Shown here: piece by piece, positions 55,458 through 64,000 of the stretch
Layout: each line of letters starts with the position of its first letter
How positions within the stretch are numbered: the stretch's first letter is position 1
Assembly (NCBI GenBank): GCA_012689375.1
Contig: JAAZLO010000050.1
Span: 2,538-66,537 of the forward strand
Source of the DNA: Bacillota bacterium
Lineage (GTDB): Bacteria > Bacillota > SHA-98 > UBA4971
DNA length: 64,000 nt
Direction: 5' to 3'
Program-made: the position numbers and the translations under genes
The notes under the pieces: generated by a model
The model's database searches: none
The model's input: only the letters and a program-made list of their open reading frames with translations
Told to the model about the DNA's origin: nothing

Positions 55458-56849
55458 TTAACGCATATTACTGAGAATAGTCTCCCAATAAGAGTCATCC
55501 TCATATCCTAACTTCCAAATTGCTATGCCCCCAATATCGTATTTTTCTACAAGCCCAAGTTTGAACCTAATACTGTCAGGCGATTCGAACCATACTTCGT
55601 GATAGGCTCCGTTATCAGTATAGGAGAAAAATGGAGATTTGGCATCGGGATCCCAAGATGGGTTAATCCCCATACGATTTGCACGATTCATTACTTGAAT
55701 ATATGAGAGTGCAGAGGCTCTCCCTGTAAAGTGGTTCCAGTCATAGCCATATGCAGGTATTCCCATTAGCACTTTATGCTTTGGTATTTGGGTCGTGGCG
55801 TATTTTACTACCTTTTCCACCCATGGGAAAGAAGCAATCGGTCCGGGTCCGCCGACTGGTGAATGCTCATCATATGTCATTAACATCATATAATCGCAGG
55901 ATTTTCCCAAAGCATAATAATCGAACGCTCCAACCCACGCCTGTCCCTGGTGATCCTGAGTCTTGGCAGGTACAGACATAGTAACTAAATATCCATGAGG
56001 GGTAAGACGGGCATGGAGTTCTTCCATAAATGCGGTAAGATTCTCCCGATCTTTCGGATCAATGTTTTCAAGATCTATGTTAACCCCGTCATAGGCCTGT
56101 TCTTCAAGAATCATAAGAATATCCGATATTGCCCTTGCCCTTGAATTAAAGCTTTGGAGCAATGCATGAGCGCGCTTCCCATCAAATTTTCCTTGTGCCA
56201 TATTATGGACGAGTGCTAAGGTCTTAATACCTTCAGAATTTGCGATTTTCATAGCTCTTCCACTGGTTTCGCCGGATATTCTCCCATTTATATCTACAGA
56301 ATGCAAAAAGGCAGCTATGTAATCGAGTGAGTCACCGTTAGATAAAAGGGAACCGTACGATGTCGGATCGCCCGGGTAATCCTCTGTATAGTACCCGACT
56401 ATTTTCCTTTTAGTATGCTTTGCTTCTGTAGGTTTCTGCCTATTGCCTGTATTATTCAAAGGGGGCCCAGCTGTAACCGTGGAATTTAATGTTTGTAAAT
56501 ATTCGCCCTCGAGAAGGAAATCCGCTATCCAGCCAACCTTTCCGTCGGATAGGCTTATTTGGTACCAACCATCAACTGAAGCAATGATAACAACTTCAGA
56601 ACCTGCAGGTATCCTTTGAAGAATAGGGTAATCTGTCCCCGGCCCTTTACGGAGTCTTGCCAGTTCCTTCACAGAAGCTTGGATACGATCTATAGAAGCA
56701 ATAGAATGTTCAGGGCTTGTCTTCTCTATAGTATTCATCTCATAAACATTTGTCGGGGGTTGTGTAACTGTATCTTGGGGTTTATGATTATTAGATGAAA
56801 ATACGTAAAGTAAAATAGTCAGGACTGTTACGGCAACCTTTGGATCCAA
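55458..56849 (-). CDS. SH3b plus GH18 spore peptidoglycan hydrolase (YdhD/YaaH/YkvQ-like)
   Basis: SH3b region (GSEVVIIASVDGWYQISLSDGKVGWIA) and the GH18 catalytic motif DGVNIDLENI (DxxDxDxE). TTG start with RBS AAGGGGGAG. Confidence 0.8.
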   Translation of the reverse strand: MDPKVAVTVLTILLYVFSSNNHKPQDTVTQPPTNVYEMNTIEKTSPEHSIASIDRIQASVKELARLRKGPGTDYPILQRIPAGSEVVIIASVDGWYQISLSDGKVGWIADFLLEGEYLQTLNSTVTAGPPLNNTGNRQKPTEAKHTKRKIVGYYTEDYPGDPTSYGSLLSNGDSLDYIAAFLHSVDINGRISGETSGRAMKIANSEGIKTLALVHNMAQGKFDGKRAHALLQSFNSRARAISDILMILEEQAYDGVNIDLENIDPKDRENLTAFMEELHARLTPHGYLVTMSVPAKTQDHQGQAWVGAFDYYALGKSCDYMMLMTYDEHSPVGGPGPIASFPWVEKVVKYATTQIPKHKVLMGIPAYGYDWNHFTGRASALSYIQVMNRANRMGINPSWDPDAKSPFFSYTDNGAYHEVWFESPDSIRFKLGLVEKYDIGGIAIWKLGYEDDSYWETILSNMR

Positions 56850-57127
56850 GGCTCGGATTCTCCCCCTTATATGGTTTTTATCAGGGTATATTAAAACAGT
56901 ACCTGCAGGTTCTATTCGAAACAGGTAGTTCCTTTATGCAAGTTTAGGATAGGGAGGTTGAATATGGTACATAATTTTACCAAATGATAATTAAAGAATA
57001 GAGGATTGGGAGCCTAATAGGCGAATTGGTAAGTGAATGTCGATGAGAATCGAAGGATGTCCAGACTTGACGACGGAGATAATAAGATGGGATAACCGGC
57101 TGATTTCCGAAATTCGGAGGGAACTAA

Positions 57128-57376
57128 ATGACACAAAATTTACAAATAAGACTTCAGGGCCTCCGGACATCAATAGAAGATTTACGTAGGGAACTACATT
57201 CAACAATAGTAAAAAATAAAGGGAGATTAGATAATACCGAGACCTACGATATCAGCGAGCGTCTTGACAAGCTCGTTGCTAAATACCTCAGATTAAAAGA
57301 AAGGCTGGATGGCGCATATGAGCCCGGCTATTATGTCAAACTAAAGCCAAACCCTATTAATGAGGAGGCTAAATAA
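57128..57376 (+). CDS. Spo0E-family sporulation regulatory aspartyl-phosphate phosphatase
   Basis: 82 aa. Matches the Spo0E signature SxxLD in ISERLDKLVAKY. RBS GGAGGGA. Confidence 0.6.
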   Translation: MTQNLQIRLQGLRTSIEDLRRELHSTIVKNKGRLDNTETYDISERLDKLVAKYLRLKERLDGAYEPGYYVKLKPNPINEEAK

Positions 57377-57826
57377 ATGTCGAGCGTTATAGGTACATTC
57401 AGCAGGCGTGATGAGGCGGAAAAGGCAATCCATGAATTGAAAAATAAAGGTTTCGATGATAATAAGGTTTCTATTGTTGCTAGGGAAGATAAGGAGGGTG
57501 GCGCAGATATTTCCGGAGGGACGGTCACCGGAGGAGCAATTGGGGGTACGGCAGGAGTCCTTGCGGGACTGGGGGCCCTTGCAATACCGGGAATTGGACC
57601 GATTATTGCTATAGGGCCGATAGCTGCAGGCCTTACCGGAGCGGTTGCAGGAGGACTCGTAGGCAGTCTCGTAGATCTTGGAATCCCTGAGGATCGTAGT
57701 AGGTTTTATGAAAATAAAGTAAAAGAAGGAAAAGTATTGGCTGTGGTTGAGGCCGATGATAATCAAATAAATGATATAAGGGAAGTATATAGCAAATCTG
57801 GAGCCTCAGATATAGAAGTTCATTAG
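57377..57826 (+). CDS. General stress protein 17M (YflT)-like Gly-zipper protein
   Basis: N-terminal GTFSRRDEAEKAIHELKNKGFDDNKVSIVAR (GSP17M-like), followed by a Gly/Ala-rich membrane-like segment. RBS GAGGAGG. Confidence 0.55.
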   Translation: MSSVIGTFSRRDEAEKAIHELKNKGFDDNKVSIVAREDKEGGADISGGTVTGGAIGGTAGVLAGLGALAIPGIGPIIAIGPIAAGLTGAVAGGLVGSLVDLGIPEDRSRFYENKVKEGKVLAVVEADDNQINDIREVYSKSGASDIEVH

Positions 57827-57881
57827 CTACTAAAGTTGATACAGGGTTCAGTAGTATGATGAATATTAATCATTGTGATCA

Positions 57882-57930
57882 ACCGCTGTGGAGTTATACC
57901 GGCCTATTCCGGTCTACAGCGGTTCTTATA
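57882..57930 (+). terminator. Stem-loop and possible terminator between the YflT-like gene and dapB
   Basis: ACCGCTGT...ACAGCGGT 8-bp stem enclosing an inner ACCGG/CCGGT helix, followed by TCTTATATT. Confidence 0.35.
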
Positions 57931-58059
57931 TTCCCTTAATCTGTAAAGAGTTTAACAGTATAGGCCTTGACTCATTTATTCTGTTGGGAATAGCAGGAAT
58001 TTAAAGCCGGAAGAATAAATTAATTATGACAGCCACCCCAAACAGGAGGTTTAGCATAA

Positions 58060-58863
58060 ATGAAAATTAAAACAATCGTAACAGGAATAGCAGGGCGCAT
58101 GGGGAAACAAGTTGCATCTGCATTAATCCAAGAATCAGATATAGAATTAGTCGGTGGGGTAGATTTGAAAAATCAAAGTATCCCTGTTTCATCTGGGGAT
58201 ATTGATACCATAATTGAAGTAACGACGGATCTTTCCGAGTTAATAGAAAAAACTCGCCCGAGTGTATTAGTAGATTTTACACACCCTTCAAGTGTTATGA
58301 ATAACATTCGTATTGCCCTTCAGGCGGGGGTCAGGTGTGTCGTAGGTACTACTGGTATTTCATCGTCTGATTTTAATGAAATCAACGATTTATGTAAAGC
58401 AAAAAAGACAGGCGCAGTGGTTGCCCCAAATTTTTCAATCGGGGCTGTTCTTCTTATGAAATTTGCACATATTGCTTCAAAACATTTCGACAGTGCGGAA
58501 ATTATAGAAATGCATCATAATGAAAAAGTTGATGCCCCGTCAGGGACAGCTCTCAGGACTGCTGAATTTATCGAACACCAGATGCTTGCTGCAAGCCGTC
58601 AAACGGCAGCAGGCCTTCAACTACAACCTGCAAGAGGGGAAGATGTCAAGGGCACAAGAATACACAGCGTACGGCTTCCGGGGCTTATAGCCCATCATGA
58701 AGTGATTTTTGGGAAGCTGGGTGAAATATTAACAATACGTCATGATTCCCTTTCGCGGGAATCCTTTATGCCTGGTGTAATCCTGGCAGTAAAGGAAGTA
58801 ATGAAACTTGATAAGGCAGTTCTCGGTCTGGATGCCCTCCTAACCATATCCGGAGTTTTCTGA
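58060..58863 (+). CDS. dapB: 4-hydroxy-tetrahydrodipicolinate reductase
   Basis: N-terminal Rossmann motif GIAGRMG and the DapB motif E..HH.K.DAPSGTA. RBS AGGAGG. Confidence 0.9.
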   Translation: MKIKTIVTGIAGRMGKQVASALIQESDIELVGGVDLKNQSIPVSSGDIDTIIEVTTDLSELIEKTRPSVLVDFTHPSSVMNNIRIALQAGVRCVVGTTGISSSDFNEINDLCKAKKTGAVVAPNFSIGAVLLMKFAHIASKHFDSAEIIEMHHNEKVDAPSGTALRTAEFIEHQMLAASRQTAAGLQLQPARGEDVKGTRIHSVRLPGLIAHHEVIFGKLGEILTIRHDSLSRESFMPGVILAVKEVMKLDKAVLGLDALLTISGVF

Positions 58864-58892
58864 CCCACCGATTATCAAATTATAAAACAAGC

Positions 58893-58920
58893 ACCGTGTC
58901 CCCGGAAGACTCATATATTA
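58893..58920 (+). promoter_or_regulatory. SigK-type promoter candidate upstream of dpaA
   Basis: AC-N17-CATATATTA matches the SigK consensus AC-N16/17-CATAnnnTA. B. subtilis spoVF is SigK-dependent. Confidence 0.4.
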
Positions 58921-58954
58921 TCCATAGCCATGTACGGTCAGAGGAGGAACTGGT

Positions 58955-59851
58955 ATGAAAGAGGGCCTTCGGGGGCTGGTTGTCTGTATCCTGGGGGGAA
59001 ATTTCCGCGAAATCCAATTGATACGTAGGCTTCTGGCGGAAAAGGCTCTTGTAAAACTGGTGGGATACCCACCCCTTAATGAGCTCGCCGGAACTATCAG
59101 GGAAACCGGCATATCCAAAGGAATGCTTGGAGCTTCAGTGATTATCGTAGGTATGGGTAAATTGGATATAGGGACTAAAATAAAGACCCTTGATCCTGAA
59201 CTTAATCTTAATTTTACTGTAGATGTCCTCAAATCTATCCCCAAAGGCAGGCTCTTATTAGTAGGAACTGCGGGATCTGAATTCCGTGAGCTTGCCTTAA
59301 AATATGGAATAAACCTTGTTGAAGTTATGGAAAACGATGAAGTTGCAATTAAAAATTCAATACCTACAGCGGAAGGGGCTCTACAAATAGCCATGACAGA
59401 AATGCCCATTACAATCCATGGATGCAATGCCATTGTCTTAGGATTTGGGCGAGTGGGGATAACTATGGCGCGTGTATTGCTTTCCCTTTCTGCAAATACC
59501 GTTGTATGTGCAAGGAGCTATTCGCAGCTTGCAAGGGCCTCGGAGATGGGGGCTTTGGCTTTGCATATCTCGTCCCTTTCTTCGGCTTTGTCCGATACTG
59601 ATGTAGTCTTTAATACAATACCCTCAACAGTTTTGACCGATCAGATTTTAGAGAATATGAAACCAGGCTCTTTGATAATAGATTTGGCATCAGCACCGGG
59701 TGGGACAGATTTTGATGCTGCTGCACGTTTAGGTATCAAAGCGATCCTGGCTTCAGGATTACCGGGAAAAACTGCCCCGAAAACCGCAGGTAAAATCCTG
59801 GCTGATGCTATCCTCCGGCTTATTAAGGAAAGGCTTGATAACCCTCGCTGA
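58955..59851 (+). CDS. dpaA: Dipicolinate synthase subunit A (SpoVFA)
   Basis: DpaA-like over its length, with an NAD-binding GxGxxG region (GFGRVG). RBS GAGGAGG. It is followed by dpaB-asd-lysC-dapA as in B. subtilis. Confidence 0.85.
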   Translation: MKEGLRGLVVCILGGNFREIQLIRRLLAEKALVKLVGYPPLNELAGTIRETGISKGMLGASVIIVGMGKLDIGTKIKTLDPELNLNFTVDVLKSIPKGRLLLVGTAGSEFRELALKYGINLVEVMENDEVAIKNSIPTAEGALQIAMTEMPITIHGCNAIVLGFGRVGITMARVLLSLSANTVVCARSYSQLARASEMGALALHISSLSSALSDTDVVFNTIPSTVLTDQILENMKPGSLIIDLASAPGGTDFDAAARLGIKAILASGLPGKTAPKTAGKILADAILRLIKERLDNPR

Positions 59852-59889
59852 TCGACAGGCTTTCAAGGATTTAGACGGAGGTGTAGTTA

Positions 59890-60480
59890 ATGAGGCTTAC
59901 TAACAAAACGATTGGAATAGCAATAACCGGTTCATTCTGCACAATTCCTGAAATTGTACCGGAAATTGAAAAAATCGTTGCAGAAGGTGCAGATGTTTAT
60001 CCTATACTTTCGGAAAACGTTGCAGCCCATAATACACGGTTCGGGAGAGCCGCCGATATGGTATGTATTTTAGAGCGTGTTACCGGTAGAGAACCTATTT
60101 TAACTATTGCAGAAGTGGAGCCTTTGGGGCCGGCAAAGACTCTTGACACCTTAGTTATTGCACCATGCACCGGGAACACTTTATCTAAATTAGCCTACGG
60201 TATTACTGATGGATCCGTACTTATGGCTGCAAAATCCACAATGCGGAATTTAAGGCCCGTAATTGTTGGAATATCCACTAATGATGGCTTATCGGCAAAT
60301 GCCAAAAGCCTGGGAATCATCTTAAATACCAAGAATATTTATTTGATTCCATTTGGACAGGATGCACCGTTCAAGAAACCCTGTTCGCTTATAAGTGATA
60401 TGAGGCTTATGGTAGACACAATCATCGCGGCATTTAAAGGGGTGCAGTTGCAGCCTATCCTTATTGACAGGAACACGTAG
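59890..60480 (+). CDS. dpaB: Dipicolinate synthase subunit B (SpoVFB, flavoprotein)
   Basis: Flavoprotein fold (IGIAITGSFCT...) and DpaB-like length of 196 aa. Confidence 0.85.
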   Translation: MRLTNKTIGIAITGSFCTIPEIVPEIEKIVAEGADVYPILSENVAAHNTRFGRAADMVCILERVTGREPILTIAEVEPLGPAKTLDTLVIAPCTGNTLSKLAYGITDGSVLMAAKSTMRNLRPVIVGISTNDGLSANAKSLGIILNTKNIYLIPFGQDAPFKKPCSLISDMRLMVDTIIAAFKGVQLQPILIDRNT

Positions 60481-60535
60481 AAGATATATGCTAACACAAA
60501 ACATTCAGCATGAACAGCATTGTGGAGGGAGAAGA

Positions 60536-61567
60536 GTGAAAGGATACAAGGTTGCTATAGTAGGTGCTACAGGAGTTGTAGGTCAGGAGCTCTTAAAGAT
60601 ATTATCTGAAAGGCACTTTCCCATTTCAGAATTGACCCTCCTTGCATCAGCCAGATCAAAAGGAAAACCTATTGAATTTCAAGGGAAGATTTTGCATGTT
60701 AAGGAAGTTTCAAAAGAGACTCTCTCAGGTCATGATATAGCATTTTTCGCGGCGGGATCCTCAATCTCCCGGGAATTTGCTCATGAAACCTGTAGAGACG
60801 GGGTTTTGGTTATTGATAACAGCAGTGCATTTCGGATGGATCGTGAAGTGCCCCTTGTTGTTCCCCAAGTAAACCCTGAAGATATTCTAAAACACAAAGG
60901 AATTATTGCAAACCCCAATTGTACAACAATTATTATGGTGATGGCATTAAAACCTATTGATGAAGCCGCCTGTGTTAAGCGGGCTGTCGTATCCACATAT
61001 CAGGCTGTATCCGGTGCCGGAATAAAGGCTGTAAATGCGTTATTCAATGAGACAAGGGCATATCTCGAGGGAGAGACAATACAACCTGAGGCCTTGCCCT
61101 TTGCTTCAGCTTCAAAACACTATCAGATTGCATTCAATGTAATTCCTCAGGTAGACGTATTTCAAGATATGATGTACTCTAAAGAGGAATGGAAGACGGT
61201 TCATGAGACTGCCAAAATTATCGGGCGGGACCTTAAAATTACTGCAACTACCGTACGTGTTCCCATAGAGAGATCCCATTCTGTTTCATTAAACCTAGAA
61301 ACTGAGAAAAAACTCACACGTGAACAGGCTTTGGATATCCTTTCCCGGGCACCGGGTATTGAAGTTATTGATGAACCCGACAAGATGCTATACCCAATGC
61401 CCCTTTCAGCTTCAGGGACCGATCTGGTGCAAGTTGGGCGGGTACGGGAAGATAATTCAATAGAAAAAGGATTGAATCTATGGGTTGTAGGAGATCAACT
61501 CCGTAAAGGTGCAGCATTAAATGCAATTGAAATAGGCGAGAAGGCTTTAGAGCTTGATGTCTTATGA
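60536..61567 (+). CDS. asd: Aspartate-semialdehyde dehydrogenase
   Basis: N-terminal VAIVGATGVVGQ and the active-site NCTT (Cys). GTG 60536 has RBS GGAGGGA. The ORF track starts at 60464. Confidence 0.9.
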   Translation: MKGYKVAIVGATGVVGQELLKILSERHFPISELTLLASARSKGKPIEFQGKILHVKEVSKETLSGHDIAFFAAGSSISREFAHETCRDGVLVIDNSSAFRMDREVPLVVPQVNPEDILKHKGIIANPNCTTIIMVMALKPIDEAACVKRAVVSTYQAVSGAGIKAVNALFNETRAYLEGETIQPEALPFASASKHYQIAFNVIPQVDVFQDMMYSKEEWKTVHETAKIIGRDLKITATTVRVPIERSHSVSLNLETEKKLTREQALDILSRAPGIEVIDEPDKMLYPMPLSASGTDLVQVGRVREDNSIEKGLNLWVVGDQLRKGAALNAIEIGEKALELDVL

Positions 61568-61577
61568 GGTGAACACG

Positions 61578-62813
61578 ATGAGCAAAATAATAATTCAAAA
61601 ATTTGGCGGGACTTCCGTGGCTTCCCAGGAGCAACGGGAAAAAGCCGCCCTTAAAGTATTGGAAGCACAAGCCAAAGGTTATTCACCTGTTGTTGTAGTG
61701 TCTGCAATGGGTAGAAAAGGGGAACCCTATGCCACCGATACTTTGTTAGGGCTTATGAAAAACATATATGAAGAAGCCAGCCCAAGGGAACAGGACCTAC
61801 TAATGTCATGTGGTGAAATCATTTCAGCTGTTGTTATGACCCAAACTCTTAGGGCAATGAAATGTCAGGCTGTAGGTTTGACAGGGGGTCAGGCAGGTAT
61901 CATAACTGATGAAACGTTTGGGGATACGAGAATACTCCAGGTGCATCCCGGCCGTATCAAGGAATATCTGGCTGAAGGCACAGTGGTGGTGGTAGCAGGC
62001 TTCCAAGGCATGAGTAAGAACGGTGAAGTAACAACATTGGGGCGGGGGGGAAGTGATACAACTGCTGCAGCCCTTGGTGTGTCCCTCAAAGCTGAATTAG
62101 TGGAAATATATACAGATGTTGATGGGGTTATGACTGCAGATCCGAAAGTGGTGCCTGAGGCAAGACCGCTTGAGGTCATGTCATATTCAGAAATTGTCGA
62201 AATGGCCCATTTAGGAGCTAAAGTCGTCCACCCAAGGGCAGTGGAAATTGCCATGGAAGGGGGGATCCCCATTAAAATTAAAAGTACATTTTCCGACGCA
62301 CCGGGTACTCTTGTATGTGACAGCAGTATGATTCTGGATAAAACTGTGATAAAATCAGACAGAGTTGCCAGAGGTGTGGCACATCTCATTGATATTACGC
62401 AGATAAAAATAGATCCGGAACATGATGTGAATGAAGCCGGATTTTTAAGCCGGGTATTCCGCACTTTGGCAGATGCGAAGGTGAGTGTGGATTTAATAAG
62501 TGTACTTCCTAAAACAATTTGCTTCATAGTAAACGATGATTCCGTAAATAAAACATTACAAGTCCTGAATCATATAGGACTGAAAAAACAAGAAATTAGT
62601 GTCACTCCGGAATGTGCCAAAGTATCTGTAGTGGGAGCAGGGATGCGAGGGGTCCCCGGAGTTATGGCCAAAGTAGTGGAAACTCTGGCAGATGCAGGCG
62701 TAAAGATTTATCAAACGTCTGACTCCCATGCCAGCATATCGTGTCTTGTAATGAAGGAAGATATTCTGAAAGCGGCACAAAGGCTCCATACAGCGTTTAA
62801 TCTGGGCATCTAA
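61578..62813 (+). CDS. dapG: Aspartate kinase (DapG/LysC type)
   Basis: Starts KFGGTSV. Amino-acid kinase fold with C-terminal ACT domains. ATG 61578 has RBS GAGGTGA. The ORF track starts at 61554. Confidence 0.9.
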   Translation: MSKIIIQKFGGTSVASQEQREKAALKVLEAQAKGYSPVVVVSAMGRKGEPYATDTLLGLMKNIYEEASPREQDLLMSCGEIISAVVMTQTLRAMKCQAVGLTGGQAGIITDETFGDTRILQVHPGRIKEYLAEGTVVVVAGFQGMSKNGEVTTLGRGGSDTTAAALGVSLKAELVEIYTDVDGVMTADPKVVPEARPLEVMSYSEIVEMAHLGAKVVHPRAVEIAMEGGIPIKIKSTFSDAPGTLVCDSSMILDKTVIKSDRVARGVAHLIDITQIKIDPEHDVNEAGFLSRVFRTLADAKVSVDLISVLPKTICFIVNDDSVNKTLQVLNHIGLKKQEISVTPECAKVSVVGAGMRGVPGVMAKVVETLADAGVKIYQTSDSHASISCLVMKEDILKAAQRLHTAFNLGI

Positions 62814-62853
62814 AATTAATAGTACTATAGCATCAGATTTAGGGGGACTGTAC

Positions 62854-63738
62854 ATGGTTGATTTTGGTAGAGTCATAACCGCAATGGTAACTCCTTTTAA
62901 AAGTAACCTTAAAGTCGATTATGACAGGGCCGGAGAACTTGCTGCACTACTGGTGAGGACAGGCACAGATTCTATTTTGGTAACAGGTACAACAGGGGAA
63001 TCCCCTACACTGTCTTTTGAGGAGAAACTAGGGCTATATAGGGCAGTTGTAGATGCAGTAGGGAATGATTCCAAAGTCATTGCGGGAACAGGCGGTAATT
63101 CTACGGAATCCAGCATTGAACTCACCCGTTCCGCTGAAAAAGCAGGCGTTCATGGTATTATGCTTGTTGTGCCTTATTATAATAAGCCCCCCCAAGAAGG
63201 ACTTATTATGCATTTTAAATCAATTGCAAACGCAACCAGGCTTCCGATTATTCTATATAATATACCGGGTCGAACAGGCATTAATATGACCCCGGAAACC
63301 GCAGAAACACTGTCCCGGGTCCCGAATATTGTAAGTATAAAGGAGGCAAGCGGTAACCTCGAACAGGTAACGGATATAAAGCGACGTACACCCCCCTCAT
63401 TTAAGATTTACAGTGGTGATGATACTTTGACATTACCCATTATGGCAGTTGGAGGCGAAGGGGTTATAAGCGTTGCTTCGCATGTGGCGGGTAAGGAAAT
63501 TAAGCAGATGATTAATGCATTTCAAAACGGCGATATAGCAAAGGCATCAGGACTCAATGCTAAGTTATTTCCTTTATTTAAGGCAATGTTTGTTACTACT
63601 AACCCGATCCCGGTAAAATTCGCATTGAAGTTGACAGGGTTTGATGTCGGCGGTGTAAGGCCCCCCCTTGTCAGAGTGGGGGATAGGGAAATCAGTATTA
63701 TCAAAAATGCATTGCAAAATGCAGGTATGTTACCTTAA
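62854..63738 (+). CDS. dapA: 4-hydroxy-tetrahydrodipicolinate synthase
   Basis: TAMVTPF N-terminus, GTTGES, and the Schiff-base Lys region (SIKEASG). RBS AGGGGGAC. Confidence 0.92.
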   Translation: MVDFGRVITAMVTPFKSNLKVDYDRAGELAALLVRTGTDSILVTGTTGESPTLSFEEKLGLYRAVVDAVGNDSKVIAGTGGNSTESSIELTRSAEKAGVHGIMLVVPYYNKPPQEGLIMHFKSIANATRLPIILYNIPGRTGINMTPETAETLSRVPNIVSIKEASGNLEQVTDIKRRTPPSFKIYSGDDTLTLPIMAVGGEGVISVASHVAGKEIKQMINAFQNGDIAKASGLNAKLFPLFKAMFVTTNPIPVKFALKLTGFDVGGVRPPLVRVGDREISIIKNALQNAGMLP

Positions 63739-63782
63739 AGTCACCGGTGAAAATTTTGTTTTGCAATTACCGATTATATTAA

Positions 63783-63830
63783 CCCTGACAGCCACAGAAG
63801 TGCAGGTAAGGCTGGCAGGGTTTTATTTTA
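63783..63830 (+). terminator. Probable rho-independent terminator after dapA
   Basis: CCCTGACAGCC...GGCTGGCAGGG imperfect 11-bp stem followed by TTTTATTTTA. Confidence 0.45.
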
Positions 63831-64000
63831 CCTGCTTTTGGATTCCACGGTATATACCGTAGACTCGTTGACCAATCCTTTCATATTTTATATAATTTTG
63901 GTAAAGCAGGATCGTAAGTTGATGGTGACGAAGGTACTGCTTATAATTATAGTTTTCACCTAAGAGCCTAATAAAATAAGTGCGTGTTTAAATTTTGACC

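Noticed and set aside
57827-58059. Lysine riboswitch (L-box) upstream of the dapB-...-lysC-dapA operon
   Set aside because: I found no match to the conserved L-box core sequences by eye. The main structure is a simple nested hairpin with a U-rich tail, more like a terminator of the upstream gene.
61889-62527. Large antisense ORFs inside housekeeping genes, e.g. 212 aa opposite lysC, 194 aa opposite gpsA, 225 aa opposite recJ, and 156 aa opposite iscU
   Set aside because: Each is fully embedded antisense to a well-supported conserved gene. They have low-complexity Ser/Pro/Ala-rich translations and no RBS. They are typical shadow ORFs.
1-64000. CRISPR arrays, tRNA or rRNA genes, IS elements, integrases, prophage or other mobile DNA
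   Set aside because: I saw no repeat-spacer periodicity, no tRNA T-arm or acceptor signatures in the spacers, and no transposase, integrase or phage-like ORFs. Intergenic space is small and is accounted for by promoters, terminators and the 6S candidate.

Overview
The window is a 64 kb chromosomal segment from an endospore-forming Firmicute, probably a Clostridia/Peptococcaceae-like anaerobe. Almost all genes are on the + strand and gene order partly matches Bacillus subtilis: plsY-gpsA; recJ-relA-dtd-...-hisS-aspS-6S RNA; rrf2-iscS-iscU-mnmA; alaS-ireB-ruvX-yrzB-mltG; spoIVB-spo0A; dapB-dpaA-dpaB-asd-lysC-dapA. Sporulation content is rich: spo0A, spoIVB, an intact sigK, dipicolinate synthase, a Spo0E-like phosphatase, and cortex hydrolase and deacetylase genes. 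I found no tRNA or rRNA genes, CRISPR arrays, transposases, integrases or phage genes. I also saw no classical defense-system components. The loci most worth a second look are: (1) a translationally coupled pair, a ChlI/BchI-type AAA+ ATPase carrying a Cys3His insert plus a vWA/MIDAS protein, with no chelatase large subunit, directly downstream of an enhancer-binding-protein-like regulator that has degenerate GAFTGA and Walker B motifs; (2) a SteA-like TPK-fold protein, a SteB/MctB-like membrane protein, a GT2 and a divergent MraY/WecA-like transferase, all immediately after spo0A; (3) a probable 6S RNA downstream of aspS; (4) an aldo-keto reductase-ferredoxin fusion inserted into the conserved ireB-ruvX cluster; (5) an AI-2E transporter gene with no canonical in-frame start codon. 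Every call rests on motif recognition by eye and on known gene-order conservation. I ran no database searches.
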